A model generated the notes under the pieces. The model was given only the letters and a program-made list of their open reading frames with translations. It did no database searches and was not told where the DNA came from. Below are positions 35,577 to 45,890 of a DNA stretch of 64,000 nt, piece after piece; the first letter of the stretch is position 1; the number at the start of each line of letters is the position of its first letter. This DNA is from Patulibacter minatonensis (GTDB lineage: Bacteria > Actinomycetota > Thermoleophilia > Solirubrobacterales > Solirubrobacteraceae): assembly GCA_036946195.1 (NCBI GenBank), contig JAQIJQ010000005.1:41456-105455 (forward strand), in the 5' to 3' direction. Made by a program: the position numbers and the translations under genes.

Positions 35577-35614
35577 AAAAGGGCCCCCACTGCCGCTGGC
35601 AGTCGGGGCCCTTT
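35577..35614. terminator. Bidirectional intrinsic terminator between paralogue B (+) and groEL (-)
   Basis: AAAA-GGGCCCCCACTGCC-GCT-GGCAGTCGGGGCCC-TTTG. The stem is 14 bp with one C-C mismatch. It has an A-tract on one side and a T-tract on the other. Confidence 0.7.
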
Positions 35615-35689
35615 GTCGTTGCAAGCCAAGCGGGGCTTGCCATGCCGCGCCTGGGAGCTGCAAGCGAGGCACTCCCAGGCGCGGCGAGG

Positions 35690-37333
<1,644 letters not shown>

Positions 37334-37630
37334 TTAGCCTTCGACGATTGCGAGGACGTCGGACTCGCGCAGGACGAGGAGCTCCTCGCCGTCGAGCTTG
37401 ATCTCGGTGCCGCCGTACTTGCTGTACAGGACCTGGTCGCCGACCTTGACGTCGAGCGCGACGCGCTTGGTGCCGGCGTCGTCCCAGCGGCCCTCGCCGG
37501 CGGCGACGACTTCGCCCTTCTGGGGCTTTTCCTTGGCGGTATCGGGGAGGACGAGACCGCTGGCGGTGGTCTGCTCCTCTTCGACGGCCTTCACGACGAG
37601 GCGGTCACCCAGGGGCTTCAGCTTTGACAT
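37334..37630 (-). CDS. groES: Co-chaperonin GroES (10 kDa)
   Basis: 98 aa from ATG 37630. '[45 protein letters not shown]'. 12 nt upstream of groEL. Confidence 0.96.
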   Translation of the reverse strand: MSKLKPLGDRLVVKAVEEEQTTASGLVLPDTAKEKPQKGEVVAAGEGRWDDAGTKRVALDVKVGDQVLYSKYGGTEIKLDGEELLVLRESDVLAIVEG

Positions 37631-37672
37631 CTGACTCCGATCGGGGTTGAAATTGGTGCGATCCCGGCGCCC

Positions 37673-37699
37673 TTGGCACTCTCGCGCTGAGAGTGCCAA
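37673..37699. promoter_or_regulatory. CIRCE element (HrcA operator)
   Basis: TTGGCACTC-N9-GAGTGCCAA against the consensus TTAGCACTC-N9-GAGTGCTAA. It starts 43 nt upstream of the groES start codon. Confidence 0.9.
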
Positions 37700-37811
37700 C
37701 GCCGGTTCGTCGGGCACTCTAGCGCGTTCCTGGGGACATGAGGGTCAACTGGTGGTGGCCTTCCGCACACGAGGGCTGTCGTGACGCCGGTGCGCCGCCG
37801 ATACTCCTCGT

Positions 37812-38483
37812 ATGGCGGGGAAGGAGAGTCGCTTCGGCTTCGGGCAGTTCGCGGGCGCGGCCGGTGCGGTCGTGGTGGCGTCTGCGGTGTCGCAGCCGTG
37901 GCTGAAGCTCGATTTCGCGACGGCGTTCCAGGCTGCGCTCTCGCCGGGGGACCCGGGCACCCGCGAGCATGCGAACGCGATCCTCTACACCGTCTCGAAC
38001 GTGCCGAAGGACCAGCTCGACCAGTCGCCGCAGGCGACGCAGCTGATCCGGGCGATCGGGATCGAGCCGACCGGCTACGAGCAGGACAAGATCGCCGCGA
38101 TCGTGCTCGGCGTCCTTGCGCTCATCGCCTTGATCGCGGTGGTGCGGTCGGTGCTGGCGGCCACGGCGTGGGCCGCGCGCGGCAACGCGCCGTTCCTCGC
38201 GATCGCCGGGCTCGGCACGCTGGCTGCTGCCGCGCTCGAGCTGTGGGTGTTCGCCCCGCACCCGCGGGACGCGATGCGCCCCGATACGGGGATGTGGATG
38301 CTCGTGGGTGGCGCGGTCCTGCTGTTGCTCGGCGCGCTGACGCTCGGCAACAACCGCCGGCGTCCGTTCCTCGACGATGACGACGCAGGGCCGGGCGCGC
38401 GGAACTTCAGCGCCGATGGCGAGCACCTGGCGTACAGCCACGGCGCATGGGTACCGCGCTCGGCCGCCGAGACCGAGCGGTAG
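37812..38483 (+). CDS. Hypothetical integral membrane protein
   Basis: 223 aa. TM segments 'AGAVVVASAV', 'IAAIVLGVLALIALIAVV', 'FLAIAGLGTLAAAALELWVF', 'MWMLVGGAVLLLLGALTL'. Confidence 0.6.
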   Translation: MAGKESRFGFGQFAGAAGAVVVASAVSQPWLKLDFATAFQAALSPGDPGTREHANAILYTVSNVPKDQLDQSPQATQLIRAIGIEPTGYEQDKIAAIVLGVLALIALIAVVRSVLAATAWAARGNAPFLAIAGLGTLAAAALELWVFAPHPRDAMRPDTGMWMLVGGAVLLLLGALTLGNNRRRPFLDDDDAGPGARNFSADGEHLAYSHGAWVPRSAAETER

Positions 38484-38504
38484 CGGGCTGCCCCGAGCGT
38501 CCGA

Positions 38505-38987
38505 TCAGTTGCTGGCCGCGATCGTCCAGGTGAGGACGGTCGCGAACGTGACCCAGGCGGCGTAGGGCACGAGCAGTGCCGCGGCGGCGCGCTGGCGGTG
38601 CCGGAGCAGGGCGATCAGCGCGACGATCGTCCCGAGGAGGACGACGATCTCGACGCCGGCCGCGACCGGAGCCTCGAGCTGGAAGAAGATGATCGTCCAC
38701 GCGAGGTTGAGCACGAGGTTCGCGGCGTAGAGCGCGATCACGGTCCGGCGGGTGCGGCCGTCGACATCCCGCCAGGCGAGCCACGCGGAGAGCGCGAGCG
38801 CGAGGTAGAGGACCGTCCAGACCGGTCCGAACACGGCGCCGGGCGGCTGGAAGCTCGGGCGGTCGAGGGCGCTGTACCACGCTGAGGTGGTGTCGGTGGC
38901 GAGGCCGCCGATCGCGGCGACGGCGACGACCGCGAGGGCGATCAGCGCGGGTGCGAGGGGCGAGCGGCGGTCGGCGACGGCGTCCAT
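38505..38987 (-). CDS. tspO: TspO/MBR family tryptophan-rich sensory protein
   Basis: 'WYSALDRPSFQPPGAVFGPVWTVLY', 'NLAWTIIFF', 'LVPYAAWVTFATVL'. ATG 38987 chosen (track ORF opens at 39029). Confidence 0.85.
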   Translation of the reverse strand: MDAVADRRSPLAPALIALAVVAVAAIGGLATDTTSAWYSALDRPSFQPPGAVFGPVWTVLYLALALSAWLAWRDVDGRTRRTVIALYAANLVLNLAWTIIFFQLEAPVAAGVEIVVLLGTIVALIALLRHRQRAAAALLVPYAAWVTFATVLTWTIAASN

Positions 38988-39094
38988 GGCTCGGACGCTA
39001 CGCGCGCGCAGGGCACGCGGCCGGCGCAACCCCGGACAGCCGCGTCAGGCGACCCCGGACCGCACGGACGGCGAAGACGTTCGGGCTGAGGGGG

Positions 39095-39505
39095 CTAGTT
39101 CTGGAAGCCGCCGATGCCGCGGAGGGCGTCGGTGACGTTCTGGGGGTTCTCGACGATCTCGGAGAAGCGGACGACGGTGACGGTGTCGTCCTCGGAGACC
39201 GGCTTGCCGTAGATCTGCTCGAGGAACTGACGGAGCTCGTCGGAGCGGCGGAACTCGGGGTTGTCGTGCTCGACGTCGCGCGGGGAGAGGTCCTTGAAGC
39301 GCTTGACCTCGACCTGGTCGATGACGGCGAGGAAGATCTTCTCGCGCTTGCTGTGCTGGTACCCGACCGTGACGAGCACCGCCTGGTTCTTGCGGTACTT
39401 GTGCGACTTGTCGCCGAGCCGGATCGTTGCCTTCTTCCGACCGTTGCGGAGCTGGTCGGCGAAGATGGTCGAGTAGAAATTCAGGACCTGCACGGCGAGC
39501 CACAC
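39095..39505 (-). CDS. ASCH-domain-like small protein (putative RNA-binding)
   Basis: 136 aa. 'KKATIRLGDKSHKYRKNQAVLVTVGY...IFLAVIDQVEVKRFKDLSPRDVEHDNPEF'. Visibly lower GC than its neighbours. Its GTG start overlaps the NUDIX stop by 1 nt (TAGTG). Confidence 0.55.
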   Translation of the reverse strand: MWLAVQVLNFYSTIFADQLRNGRKKATIRLGDKSHKYRKNQAVLVTVGYQHSKREKIFLAVIDQVEVKRFKDLSPRDVEHDNPEFRRSDELRQFLEQIYGKPVSEDDTVTVVRFSEIVENPQNVTDALRGIGGFQN

Positions 39506-39939
39506 TACCTGCCGGCGGCCCGCCGGTCGATGGCGGCACGAACCATGTCACGTTCGCCCTGGAAGGTGAGGAGCCGTTCGGCCTCTTCGAGGGGGACCCA
39601 GCGGGCGACCTCGACCTCGTCGTCGTGGTCGTCGGTGTTGCCGCCGAGGTAGCGCATCATGAAGAAGCTGACCTGCTTCGGGATGGAGCGGCCGCCGCGC
39701 TGGTACCAGTAGCGGACGTCGCCGAGCTTCTCGATGATCTCGGCGTCGATGCCGGCCTCTTCGCGCACCTCGCGCAGGGCGGCGGTCTCGGCGTCCTCAC
39801 CGGGGTCGATGTGGCCCTTGGGGAGGGCGGTCACCTTGGCGCCGCTGGCTGCGCGCCGGGTGGGGATGATCACGACCGTGCGGCCGTCGTCGTCGACGAC
39901 GACGCCGCCCGCGGAGATCTCGTCGGGCCCTTTCGCCAT
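39505..39939 (-). CDS. NUDIX hydrolase
   Basis: 144 aa. NUDIX box 'LPKGHIDPGEDAETAALREVREEAGI'. Its ATG overlaps the crp stop by 1 nt (TGATG). Confidence 0.85.
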   Translation of the reverse strand: MAKGPDEISAGGVVVDDDGRTVVIIPTRRAASGAKVTALPKGHIDPGEDAETAALREVREEAGIDAEIIEKLGDVRYWYQRGGRSIPKQVSFFMMRYLGGNTDDHDDEVEVARWVPLEEAERLLTFQGERDMVRAAIDRRAAGR

Positions 39940-40625
39940 CAGAAGACGTAGCGCCGGAGTGCGTCCGGGTCGTGCACGGTGAGCCGGCCTCGGCCCTGCG
40001 TGATGACTCCGGCGCGTTCGAGCACGGCGAGGAAGCGCGAGGCGGACTCGCGGGAGGAGCCGGCGAGCTTGGCGATGTCGGCCTGGGTGATCGTGAGGAG
40101 CACGTCGGTGGGGCCGGCGCCCTGGTCGCGGGCGGAGGCGACGAGCTGGTCGAGTACGGTCGCGACGCGGCTCTGCACGGTCTGGAAGGACTGGCGCGCG
40201 AGGCGCTCGTTCGCTTCGCGGAGGCGGCGACCGAGGGCGGCGATGAGCTTGAGGCTCATGTCGGGCCATTCGCGCAGGAGCCGGCGCATGTCGCCGGCGC
40301 TGATCGCGACGGTGTCGAGCTCCTCGAGGGCTTCGACGGTGGCGGAGCGTCGTTCGGCGTCGAACATCGCGAGTTCGCCGAAGAAGTCGCCGGGGCCGAA
40401 GTGCGCGAGGGCGATGGTGCGGCCGTCCGCGTGCTCGCGGATCGCGCGGGCCCGTCCGCTGGTGACGACGTAGCACGTGTCGCTGGCGTCGCCCTCGCGG
40501 AAGATCACGTGGCCGGGTGCGAACCGTCGGGGGGTCGCGAGCTCGGCGATCCGTGCGACCTCGTCGCGGCCCAGCGCGCCAAAGACAGGGACCCGTGCGA
40601 GGGAATCAACGATGCGCTCGTCCAT
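39939..40625 (-). CDS. crp: CRP/FNR family cNMP-binding transcriptional regulator (Crp/GlxR-like)
   Basis: 228 aa. cNMP domain 'VIFREGDASDTCYVVTSGRA...FGPGDFFGELAMFD...RSATVEA'. C-terminal HTH 'ITQADIAKLAGSSRESASRFLAVLERAGVI'. Confidence 0.9.
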   Translation of the reverse strand: MDERIVDSLARVPVFGALGRDEVARIAELATPRRFAPGHVIFREGDASDTCYVVTSGRARAIREHADGRTIALAHFGPGDFFGELAMFDAERRSATVEALEELDTVAISAGDMRRLLREWPDMSLKLIAALGRRLREANERLARQSFQTVQSRVATVLDQLVASARDQGAGPTDVLLTITQADIAKLAGSSRESASRFLAVLERAGVITQGRGRLTVHDPDALRRYVF

Positions 40626-40688
40626 CGGTGTTTCCTACCACACGGAGTGGACTTTCCCTCCATCGGAACGGAAAGTCCTACCGGGCTG

Positions 40689-41513
40689 TTACCAGCCTCC
40701 GCGTGCGACGCCCCGGTTTTTGGGGCCTGTAGCTTGGTGCTCGTCACGCAATCGGAGGACGAGCTGCGGGTCGTTGGTGATGATGGCGTCGACGTCGAGG
40801 GCGAGCAGTTCGCGGGCGCGGGCGGGGTCGTCGACGGTCCAGACGATGAGCTCGATGCCGCGCCGGGCGGTGAGTCGGCGGAGCGCGGGCGTGACGAGCT
40901 GGTGGTCGACCGTGATGGCGTTGAGGGCGTGGCGTTGGAGCGAACGGCGCACCACGAGCGGCAGGGTGCGGCGGACGATCGGCCGGCGGAGGTCGGCGAG
41001 CGTGCGCGCGAGCGCGTGACGTCGCGGGTCGCGTCGGGAGCGCGGGTACGTGAGCGACCGGGTGGCGCGGGGCGCGGCGCGGGCCAGGGCGCGCAGGACG
41101 GCGGGGTCGGTGGTGGAGATGATCGCCCGCGGGGTGAGGCGCGCGCCGACGAGGGCGGCGGCGAGGGCGCGTTCGGCGCCGGTCGACTTCACGTCGAGGA
41201 GGACGGGGAGCTCGGCGAGCGGTGGCTCGGCGAGGACGTGCTCGAGCGTCTCGAGCAGGAGCGCGTCGGGGCGACGGCGGGCGTCGCCGAGATCGTGGGC
41301 GACGATCACGCGCCCCGGTTCGACGGCGACGAGATCGAGCTCGATGCCGTCGGCGCCGAGGCTCGCGGCGGCCCGAAAGGCCTCGGTGGTGTTGGCCGGG
41401 GCCTGGAGGGGCGCCCCCATGTGGCCGACGACGGCGGTCGGGGCGCCGGGCGCGCGGAATCGTGCGGCGCGTTCGGCGGTGCGGTGGCGCGGGGGCGACA
41501 CGACGGGGGCCAT
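40689..41513 (-). CDS. Glycerophosphodiester phosphodiesterase family protein
   Basis: 'VGHMGAPLQAPANTTEAFRAAASLGADGIELDL', 'VIVAHD', 'IVWTVDDP', 'DAIITNDP'. ATG 41513 chosen. Confidence 0.75.
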   Translation of the reverse strand: MAPVVSPPRHRTAERAARFRAPGAPTAVVGHMGAPLQAPANTTEAFRAAASLGADGIELDLVAVEPGRVIVAHDLGDARRRPDALLLETLEHVLAEPPLAELPVLLDVKSTGAERALAAALVGARLTPRAIISTTDPAVLRALARAAPRATRSLTYPRSRRDPRRHALARTLADLRRPIVRRTLPLVVRRSLQRHALNAITVDHQLVTPALRRLTARRGIELIVWTVDDPARARELLALDVDAIITNDPQLVLRLRDEHQATGPKNRGVARGGW

Positions 41514-41640
41514 GACGCGCTCACCGTACACCGGCCGTCGTGCTGGAGGACCCGCCGGAAGCCGCACTGGACGAGCATGCGATGGGTGCGCGTGGAGCTC
41601 CGTCGTCGGGCCGGAGGCTCCGCTCAACGCCGGCGCAGGG

Positions 41641-42408
41641 CTAGCGCTGGCAGCGGGGGCACCAGTAGGCGGTGCGGTTGTCGTCGCCCATCCCGCGGGA
41701 GGAGACCGGGCCGCCGCAGCGGGTGCAGCGCGGCACCTTGTAGATGTGGCGGGTGCGCATCTGCATGCCGCCGCGGCCGGAGTCCTGCATCCGCGGGCGC
41801 ACGAGCTGCATGGCGAGGACGGCTTCGTCGTCGGTCACCTTCGCGGTCGGCCTCCAGGGGCTGATGCGTGCGTCGAAGCAGGCCTCGGCCCGCCAGATGT
41901 TGCCGAGCCCGGCGACGATCGACTGGTCGAGCAGGGCGTCGCCGAAGGGGCGGGTCGGGTCGTCCTCGCGGAGGCGGCGCAGGAAGTCGGCCTCGTGAAA
42001 GTCGTCGGTGGCGAGGATGTCGGGGCCGAGCCGCACGAGGCGGTGGTCGATGCGGACGCGCAGGTCGGTGAGGAGCTCGAGGAGCGGGCCGTCGAACTGC
42101 ACCACCTCCTGGCCGCGGGCGCGCATGACGAGCCACGCGCGGCGGGGTGCGCGCCCCCAGGGCTTGCCGATCGGGCCGGAGTGCCAGGCGCCCGTCATGC
42201 GCAGGTGGGAGTGGATCGCGTACTCGTCGCCCTCGAAGCGGATGAAGAGGTGCTTGCCGTAGGTGTCGATGCGTTCGATCACGCGGCCGCGCAGGCGGTC
42301 GTTCCAGGTGCGCGTGGAGCCGTGGCGGGCGTCGAACTCGGGGGCGACGCCGACGAGGATCGGCCGGAGGCGGTGCGCCGCGTACGCGATCGTGTCTCCC
42401 TCGGGCAT
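41641..42408 (-). CDS. nei: Fpg/Nei family DNA glycosylase / AP lyase (endonuclease VIII-like)
   Basis: 255 aa. 'MPEGDTI' N-terminus, 'YGKHLF', H2TH 'LLDQSIVAGLGNIWRAEACF', zinc finger 'CTRCGGPV...YWCPRCQ'. Only the 3' third of track ORF 41641..43848 is genuine. Confidence 0.88.
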   Translation of the reverse strand: MPEGDTIAYAAHRLRPILVGVAPEFDARHGSTRTWNDRLRGRVIERIDTYGKHLFIRFEGDEYAIHSHLRMTGAWHSGPIGKPWGRAPRRAWLVMRARGQEVVQFDGPLLELLTDLRVRIDHRLVRLGPDILATDDFHEADFLRRLREDDPTRPFGDALLDQSIVAGLGNIWRAEACFDARISPWRPTAKVTDDEAVLAMQLVRPRMQDSGRGGMQMRTRHIYKVPRCTRCGGPVSSRGMGDDNRTAYWCPRCQR

Positions 42409-42498
42409 CTGGGCACTGAGGCTAGATGAGGCGTGGCCGCCGGGATCGGTGTGCGCGCCGGTCGGATCCGGCCCAGTGGGCGCGAATGCGGCTCTACG

Positions 42499-43911
42499 AT
42501 GGAGGGCATGTCGGTGGCCCCGATGTTGGCGAGCGACCTGTCGGCCCTGGTGGGTGCGGCGCACGTGCGCACGCCGACGATCGCCGATCTCGAGGATGCG
42601 ACGCGCTGGACCGGTCTTCGCGGGACGGCCGATGCGGTGGTCAGCCCGGCCGATGCGCGCGAGGTCGCCGCGGTGGTGGGGTGGTGCTACGAGCACGACG
42701 TCCCGATCACGGTGCGCGGCGGCGGGACGGGACTCTCGGGCGGCGCGGTGCCCGATGGCGGGGTGGTGGTCGCGCTTGAGCGGCTCGCGCGGATCCGTTC
42801 GATCGATCCCGAGTGGTGGCGCTGCGAGGTGGAGGCGGGCGTGACGACGGCGACGCTGCACCGGCGCGTCGCCGAGGCCGGGCTGCGGTTCCCCCCGGAT
42901 CCGGGCGCGGCGGAGGCGAGCCACATCGGCGGCAACCTCGCGACGAACGCCGGCGGCCCGCACGCGTTCGGCCACGGCCCGACCCGCGACTGGGTGCTCG
43001 GTCTGGAGGCGGTGCTCGCACCCGGTGAGCTCGTGCGGATCGGCGGTCCGCTGCGCAAGGACGTCGCCGGCTACGACCTCACCGGCCTGCTCGTGGGCAG
43101 CGAGGGCACGCTCGGCGTGATCACGGCGGCGTGGCTGCGGCTGGTGCCGCCGCCCGGCGCCGAGCAGATCGTGCTCGGCGTGTTCCCGACCGCGGGCGCG
43201 GCGCAGGACGGCGTCGCCGGTGCGCTCACCTCCGGCTCCGTGCCGGCGGCGCTCGAGCTGCTCGACGGCGGCGCGCTGCAGGACTCCGCCTCCACCCTCC
43301 CCGTGCCCGGGGCGACCGCCGCCGTCGGTGAGCTCGACGATCCCGGGGCCGCGCACCTGCTCCTCGCGCACCTCGAGGGCGATCTCGTCGAGGCGACCGC
43401 AGCGCGCGGCGATGCGCTCGCGGCGGCCTGGCAGGAGGCGGGCGCCACGTGGACGGCTGCGCCCGAGGCGAGCACGAGCGCCGCGCTGGCGCAGTGGCGG
43501 GCGGGCGTGAGCGGAGCGGTGGCGGCGCGGCGCGGCGGCAAGCTCAGCGAGGATGTCGCCGTCCCACCCGACCGCCTCGCGGAGCTGCTCGACGGGAGCC
43601 TCGCGATCGCTCAGCGCCGCGGCCTCGAGCACGCCGCCTGGGGCCATGCGGGCGACGGCAACCTGCACTGCACGTTCCTGCTCGACCCGTCGAGCGAGCG
43701 TGAGCAGGGCGCGGTGCACGAGGCCGCGGAGGAGCTCTTCTCGCTCGTCACCAGCCTCGGGGGCACCGTCAGCGGCGAACACGGCATCGGCCGTCTCAAG
43801 AACGGCCAGCTCTCGCACCAGTGGGATGCCGGGGCGGTGGCCGCGCACCGGGCGATCAGGGCCGCGCTCGATCCGAAGGGCCTCTTCGGGCCCGGGCGCA
43901 AACTGGCCTGA
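42499..43911 (+). CDS. FAD-linked oxidase (GlcD / D-lactate dehydrogenase-like)
   Basis: 470 aa. 'VRGGGTGLSGGAVP', 'ASHIGGNLATNAGG', 'VAGYDLTGLLVGSEGTLGVIT', 'SGEHGIGRLK'. Confidence 0.85.
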   Translation: MEGMSVAPMLASDLSALVGAAHVRTPTIADLEDATRWTGLRGTADAVVSPADAREVAAVVGWCYEHDVPITVRGGGTGLSGGAVPDGGVVVALERLARIRSIDPEWWRCEVEAGVTTATLHRRVAEAGLRFPPDPGAAEASHIGGNLATNAGGPHAFGHGPTRDWVLGLEAVLAPGELVRIGGPLRKDVAGYDLTGLLVGSEGTLGVITAAWLRLVPPPGAEQIVLGVFPTAGAAQDGVAGALTSGSVPAALELLDGGALQDSASTLPVPGATAAVGELDDPGAAHLLLAHLEGDLVEATAARGDALAAAWQEAGATWTAAPEASTSAALAQWRAGVSGAVAARRGGKLSEDVAVPPDRLAELLDGSLAIAQRRGLEHAAWGHAGDGNLHCTFLLDPSSEREQGAVHEAAEELFSLVTSLGGTVSGEHGIGRLKNGQLSHQWDAGAVAAHRAIRAALDPKGLFGPGRKLA

Positions 43912-43929
43912 GCCGCTCGCGCGCCCCGG

Positions 43930-44232
43930 CTAGAGGTCGTCGCGCGAGTCGAGGTGCTTGATCTGGTCGCTGCCCATCGCGGCCGGGAAGGTGACGACCT
44001 CCTCGTAGGTGGCGACGCCGCCGCTCACGTACGGGTCGGCGTCGAAGCGACGCAGCAGGCCCTCGGCGTCGTCGCCGGCGCCGAGGACCGCTGCGCCCGA
44101 GCCGTCGGCAAGACGACCGGCCGCGATCACCACGCCGCCGCCGATCAGCTCGTCGAGCCATGCGAGGTGGGCGGGACGCAGGGCCCCGACCTCGTCGGCC
44201 GTGCCGGTGTACGTGCTGCGCAGGACGATCAT
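43930..44232 (-). CDS. YciI-like protein
   Basis: 100 aa. 'RPAHLAWLDELIGGGVVIAAGRLADGSGAAVL...DADPYV'. Confidence 0.7.
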   Translation of the reverse strand: MIVLRSTYTGTADEVGALRPAHLAWLDELIGGGVVIAAGRLADGSGAAVLGAGDDAEGLLRRFDADPYVSGGVATYEEVVTFPAAMGSDQIKHLDSRDDL

Positions 44233-44288
44233 GCGGCGCAGGCTAACCGCCGCCCGTGAGGCCGGGCACCGCGGGGCCCGCCGGGAGC

Positions 44289-44317
44289 TTGCCGCGACGC
44301 CGCGGAGCGGTTACCGT
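44289..44317 (+). promoter_or_regulatory. Predicted sigma-70-type promoter, TTGCCG-N17-TACCGT
   Basis: -35 at 44289-44294 and -10 at 44312-44317. The same architecture and the same -35 context (GCTTGCCGCGACG) recur upstream of the paralogous gene at 45795. Confidence 0.4.
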
Positions 44318-44381
44318 GGACCTCCCCCGACCTCTTCGTCCCACTGAAGCAGCGGCCGCGCGCCCGCTGGAGGTCATCACC

Positions 44382-45719
44382 GTGTCATCCCCGTCCAGTC
44401 GCCTGCGGATCGCCGCAGCGTCGACGCTCTCGGTCGCCGCGCTCGGCGCCGTGGTCGCCGCATCGCCCGTCGCCGCGACCAGCCCGCTGCCGACCATCAC
44501 CCCGTCGCCGGCCGAAGAGCCGCCGGTGCCGATCTCGCCGGGCACGCCGGTCGCCGCGCGCTGCGACCTCGACGGCCGGACCGGCGGGCTCGCGACGATG
44601 TTCGTCGACACGTCGTCCCTGCCGAAGAACGTCCCGGCCGGAGCGGTGCTTCCCCCGCAGACGCTGCCGGTCGTGACGAGCGTGAACCTCGGGGCCGATC
44701 AGGCCGCCCTGTTCTCGGGGCCGTTCCTGCTCGGCCGACCCGCGACGCTCAGTGGCGGGCGGACGGATGCGACCCTGCGGTTCAGCGGCGCGGGCACGTC
44801 GTCGACGACGCGCGTCACGGGCACGCTCGGGTCGACCGCCTTCCTCGCTGCGTCGACGAGCGGGCAGTTCCGGCTGCCCGGCACGCTCTCCGTGTCGGGG
44901 GTGACCTTCGACGCCGCCGGCACCGCAAGCTGGAACGTCGACGGCTTCTCCCTTGCGCTGGGCATCAAGGACGCCAGCGGCAAGGCGCTGAAGTGGCCGG
45001 GCACCTGGCCGGCCGTCGTCGACCCGGAGATCGACGGCACGTATCGGTTCCTGACCTGCGAGCCCCTCGAGCCGACCGCCGTGGCCACGCAGCTGGTCAC
45101 CTCGCCCGACGCGACCCCGTCGCCGACGGCGCTACCGACGCCGACCGTCGACCCCGACCCCACACCGACGCCGACCTTCCAGCCGCCGTCGACGAACTCC
45201 ACCGAGCCGGTGCCGTACGCCTACGACGTCGCAGGCTCGCTCACGCTCAAGAACCTCGCGAAGGGCACCGTGCCGCTCACCGGCACCGTGAACGGTGGCC
45301 GCCGGCCACTCGACGGGGTGTACTCGGGCGACCTCGCCGTCGCGCCGGCGAAGGCGAACCTCGTCGCGCTCGGGTTCCTGCCGGTGGCCGCGGACGTGAA
45401 CGTGGTGGCGCTCACGCCGCTGACCGGCACGGTCCCCCTCGGAGCCGGCCTGCCGGTGACGCTCAAGACGAACGTGCGGATCAAGGTCCCGAAGGTGACC
45501 GTGCTCGGCATCGCGCTCGCCGGCGGGGCCGGCTGCCAGACCAAGAACCCCTCCGCGCTCTCGCTGACGGCGCCGGCCTTCAACCTGGCCAGCGGTGGCA
45601 CGCTCTCCGGCACGTTCGCCATCAGCGACCTGACCGGCTGCGGCTTTCTGACGGGCATCGTCTCGCCGCTGACGGCCGGCAGCAGCAACGCGGTCTCGCT
45701 CAAGCTCTCGCACCCGTAG
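44382..45719 (+). CDS. Secreted two-domain hypothetical protein, paralogue 1 (N-domain, Pro/Thr linker, conserved C-domain)
   Basis: GTG 44382 lies 8 nt after GGAGG. Signal peptide 'RIAAASTLSVAALGAVVAASPVAA'. Linker 'TPTVDPDPTPTPT'. C-domain 'LKNLAKGTVPLTGT...ALGFLPVAADV...CQTKNPSA...LSGTFAISDLTGCGFL...SPLTAGSSNAVSLKL'. Confidence 0.8.
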   Translation: MSSPSSRLRIAAASTLSVAALGAVVAASPVAATSPLPTITPSPAEEPPVPISPGTPVAARCDLDGRTGGLATMFVDTSSLPKNVPAGAVLPPQTLPVVTSVNLGADQAALFSGPFLLGRPATLSGGRTDATLRFSGAGTSSTTRVTGTLGSTAFLAASTSGQFRLPGTLSVSGVTFDAAGTASWNVDGFSLALGIKDASGKALKWPGTWPAVVDPEIDGTYRFLTCEPLEPTAVATQLVTSPDATPSPTALPTPTVDPDPTPTPTFQPPSTNSTEPVPYAYDVAGSLTLKNLAKGTVPLTGTVNGGRRPLDGVYSGDLAVAPAKANLVALGFLPVAADVNVVALTPLTGTVPLGAGLPVTLKTNVRIKVPKVTVLGIALAGGAGCQTKNPSALSLTAPAFNLASGGTLSGTFAISDLTGCGFLTGIVSPLTAGSSNAVSLKLSHP

Positions 45720-45794
45720 GTCTCGGTCGGGCGCGGGTGTCCCGGGGCAACGACGCCTCTGGACGCCCGCGCAGCGGCGGCCGGCCCACCCCGC

Positions 45795-45823
45795 TTGCCG
45801 CGACGGACCGTTGCGGATAGGGT
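45795..45823 (+). promoter_or_regulatory. Predicted sigma-70-type promoter, TTGCCG-N17-TAGGGT
   Basis: -35 at 45795-45800 and -10 at 45818-45823. Paralogous to the element at 44289-44317. Confidence 0.4.
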
Positions 45824-45890
45824 CGCAGCACCCCGACCGTTCGTCCGTCCCAGTCGATCAGCAGCCTCGCGCCGCTGGAGGTCACAGTCC

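Noticed and set aside
40627-40643. CRP/GlxR-like site (minus strand TGTGG-TAGGAA-ACACC) immediately upstream of crp
   Set aside because: Only about 7 of 10 consensus positions of TGTGA-N6-TCACA match, and the site overlaps the ribosome-binding region. This is too weak to call without a genome-specific matrix.
41641-43848. 735-aa minus-strand ORF
   Set aside because: Only the last 255 codons (from ATG 42408, 'MPEGDTI...') form the Fpg/Nei protein. The upstream 480 codons are antisense junk across the GlcD-like gene.
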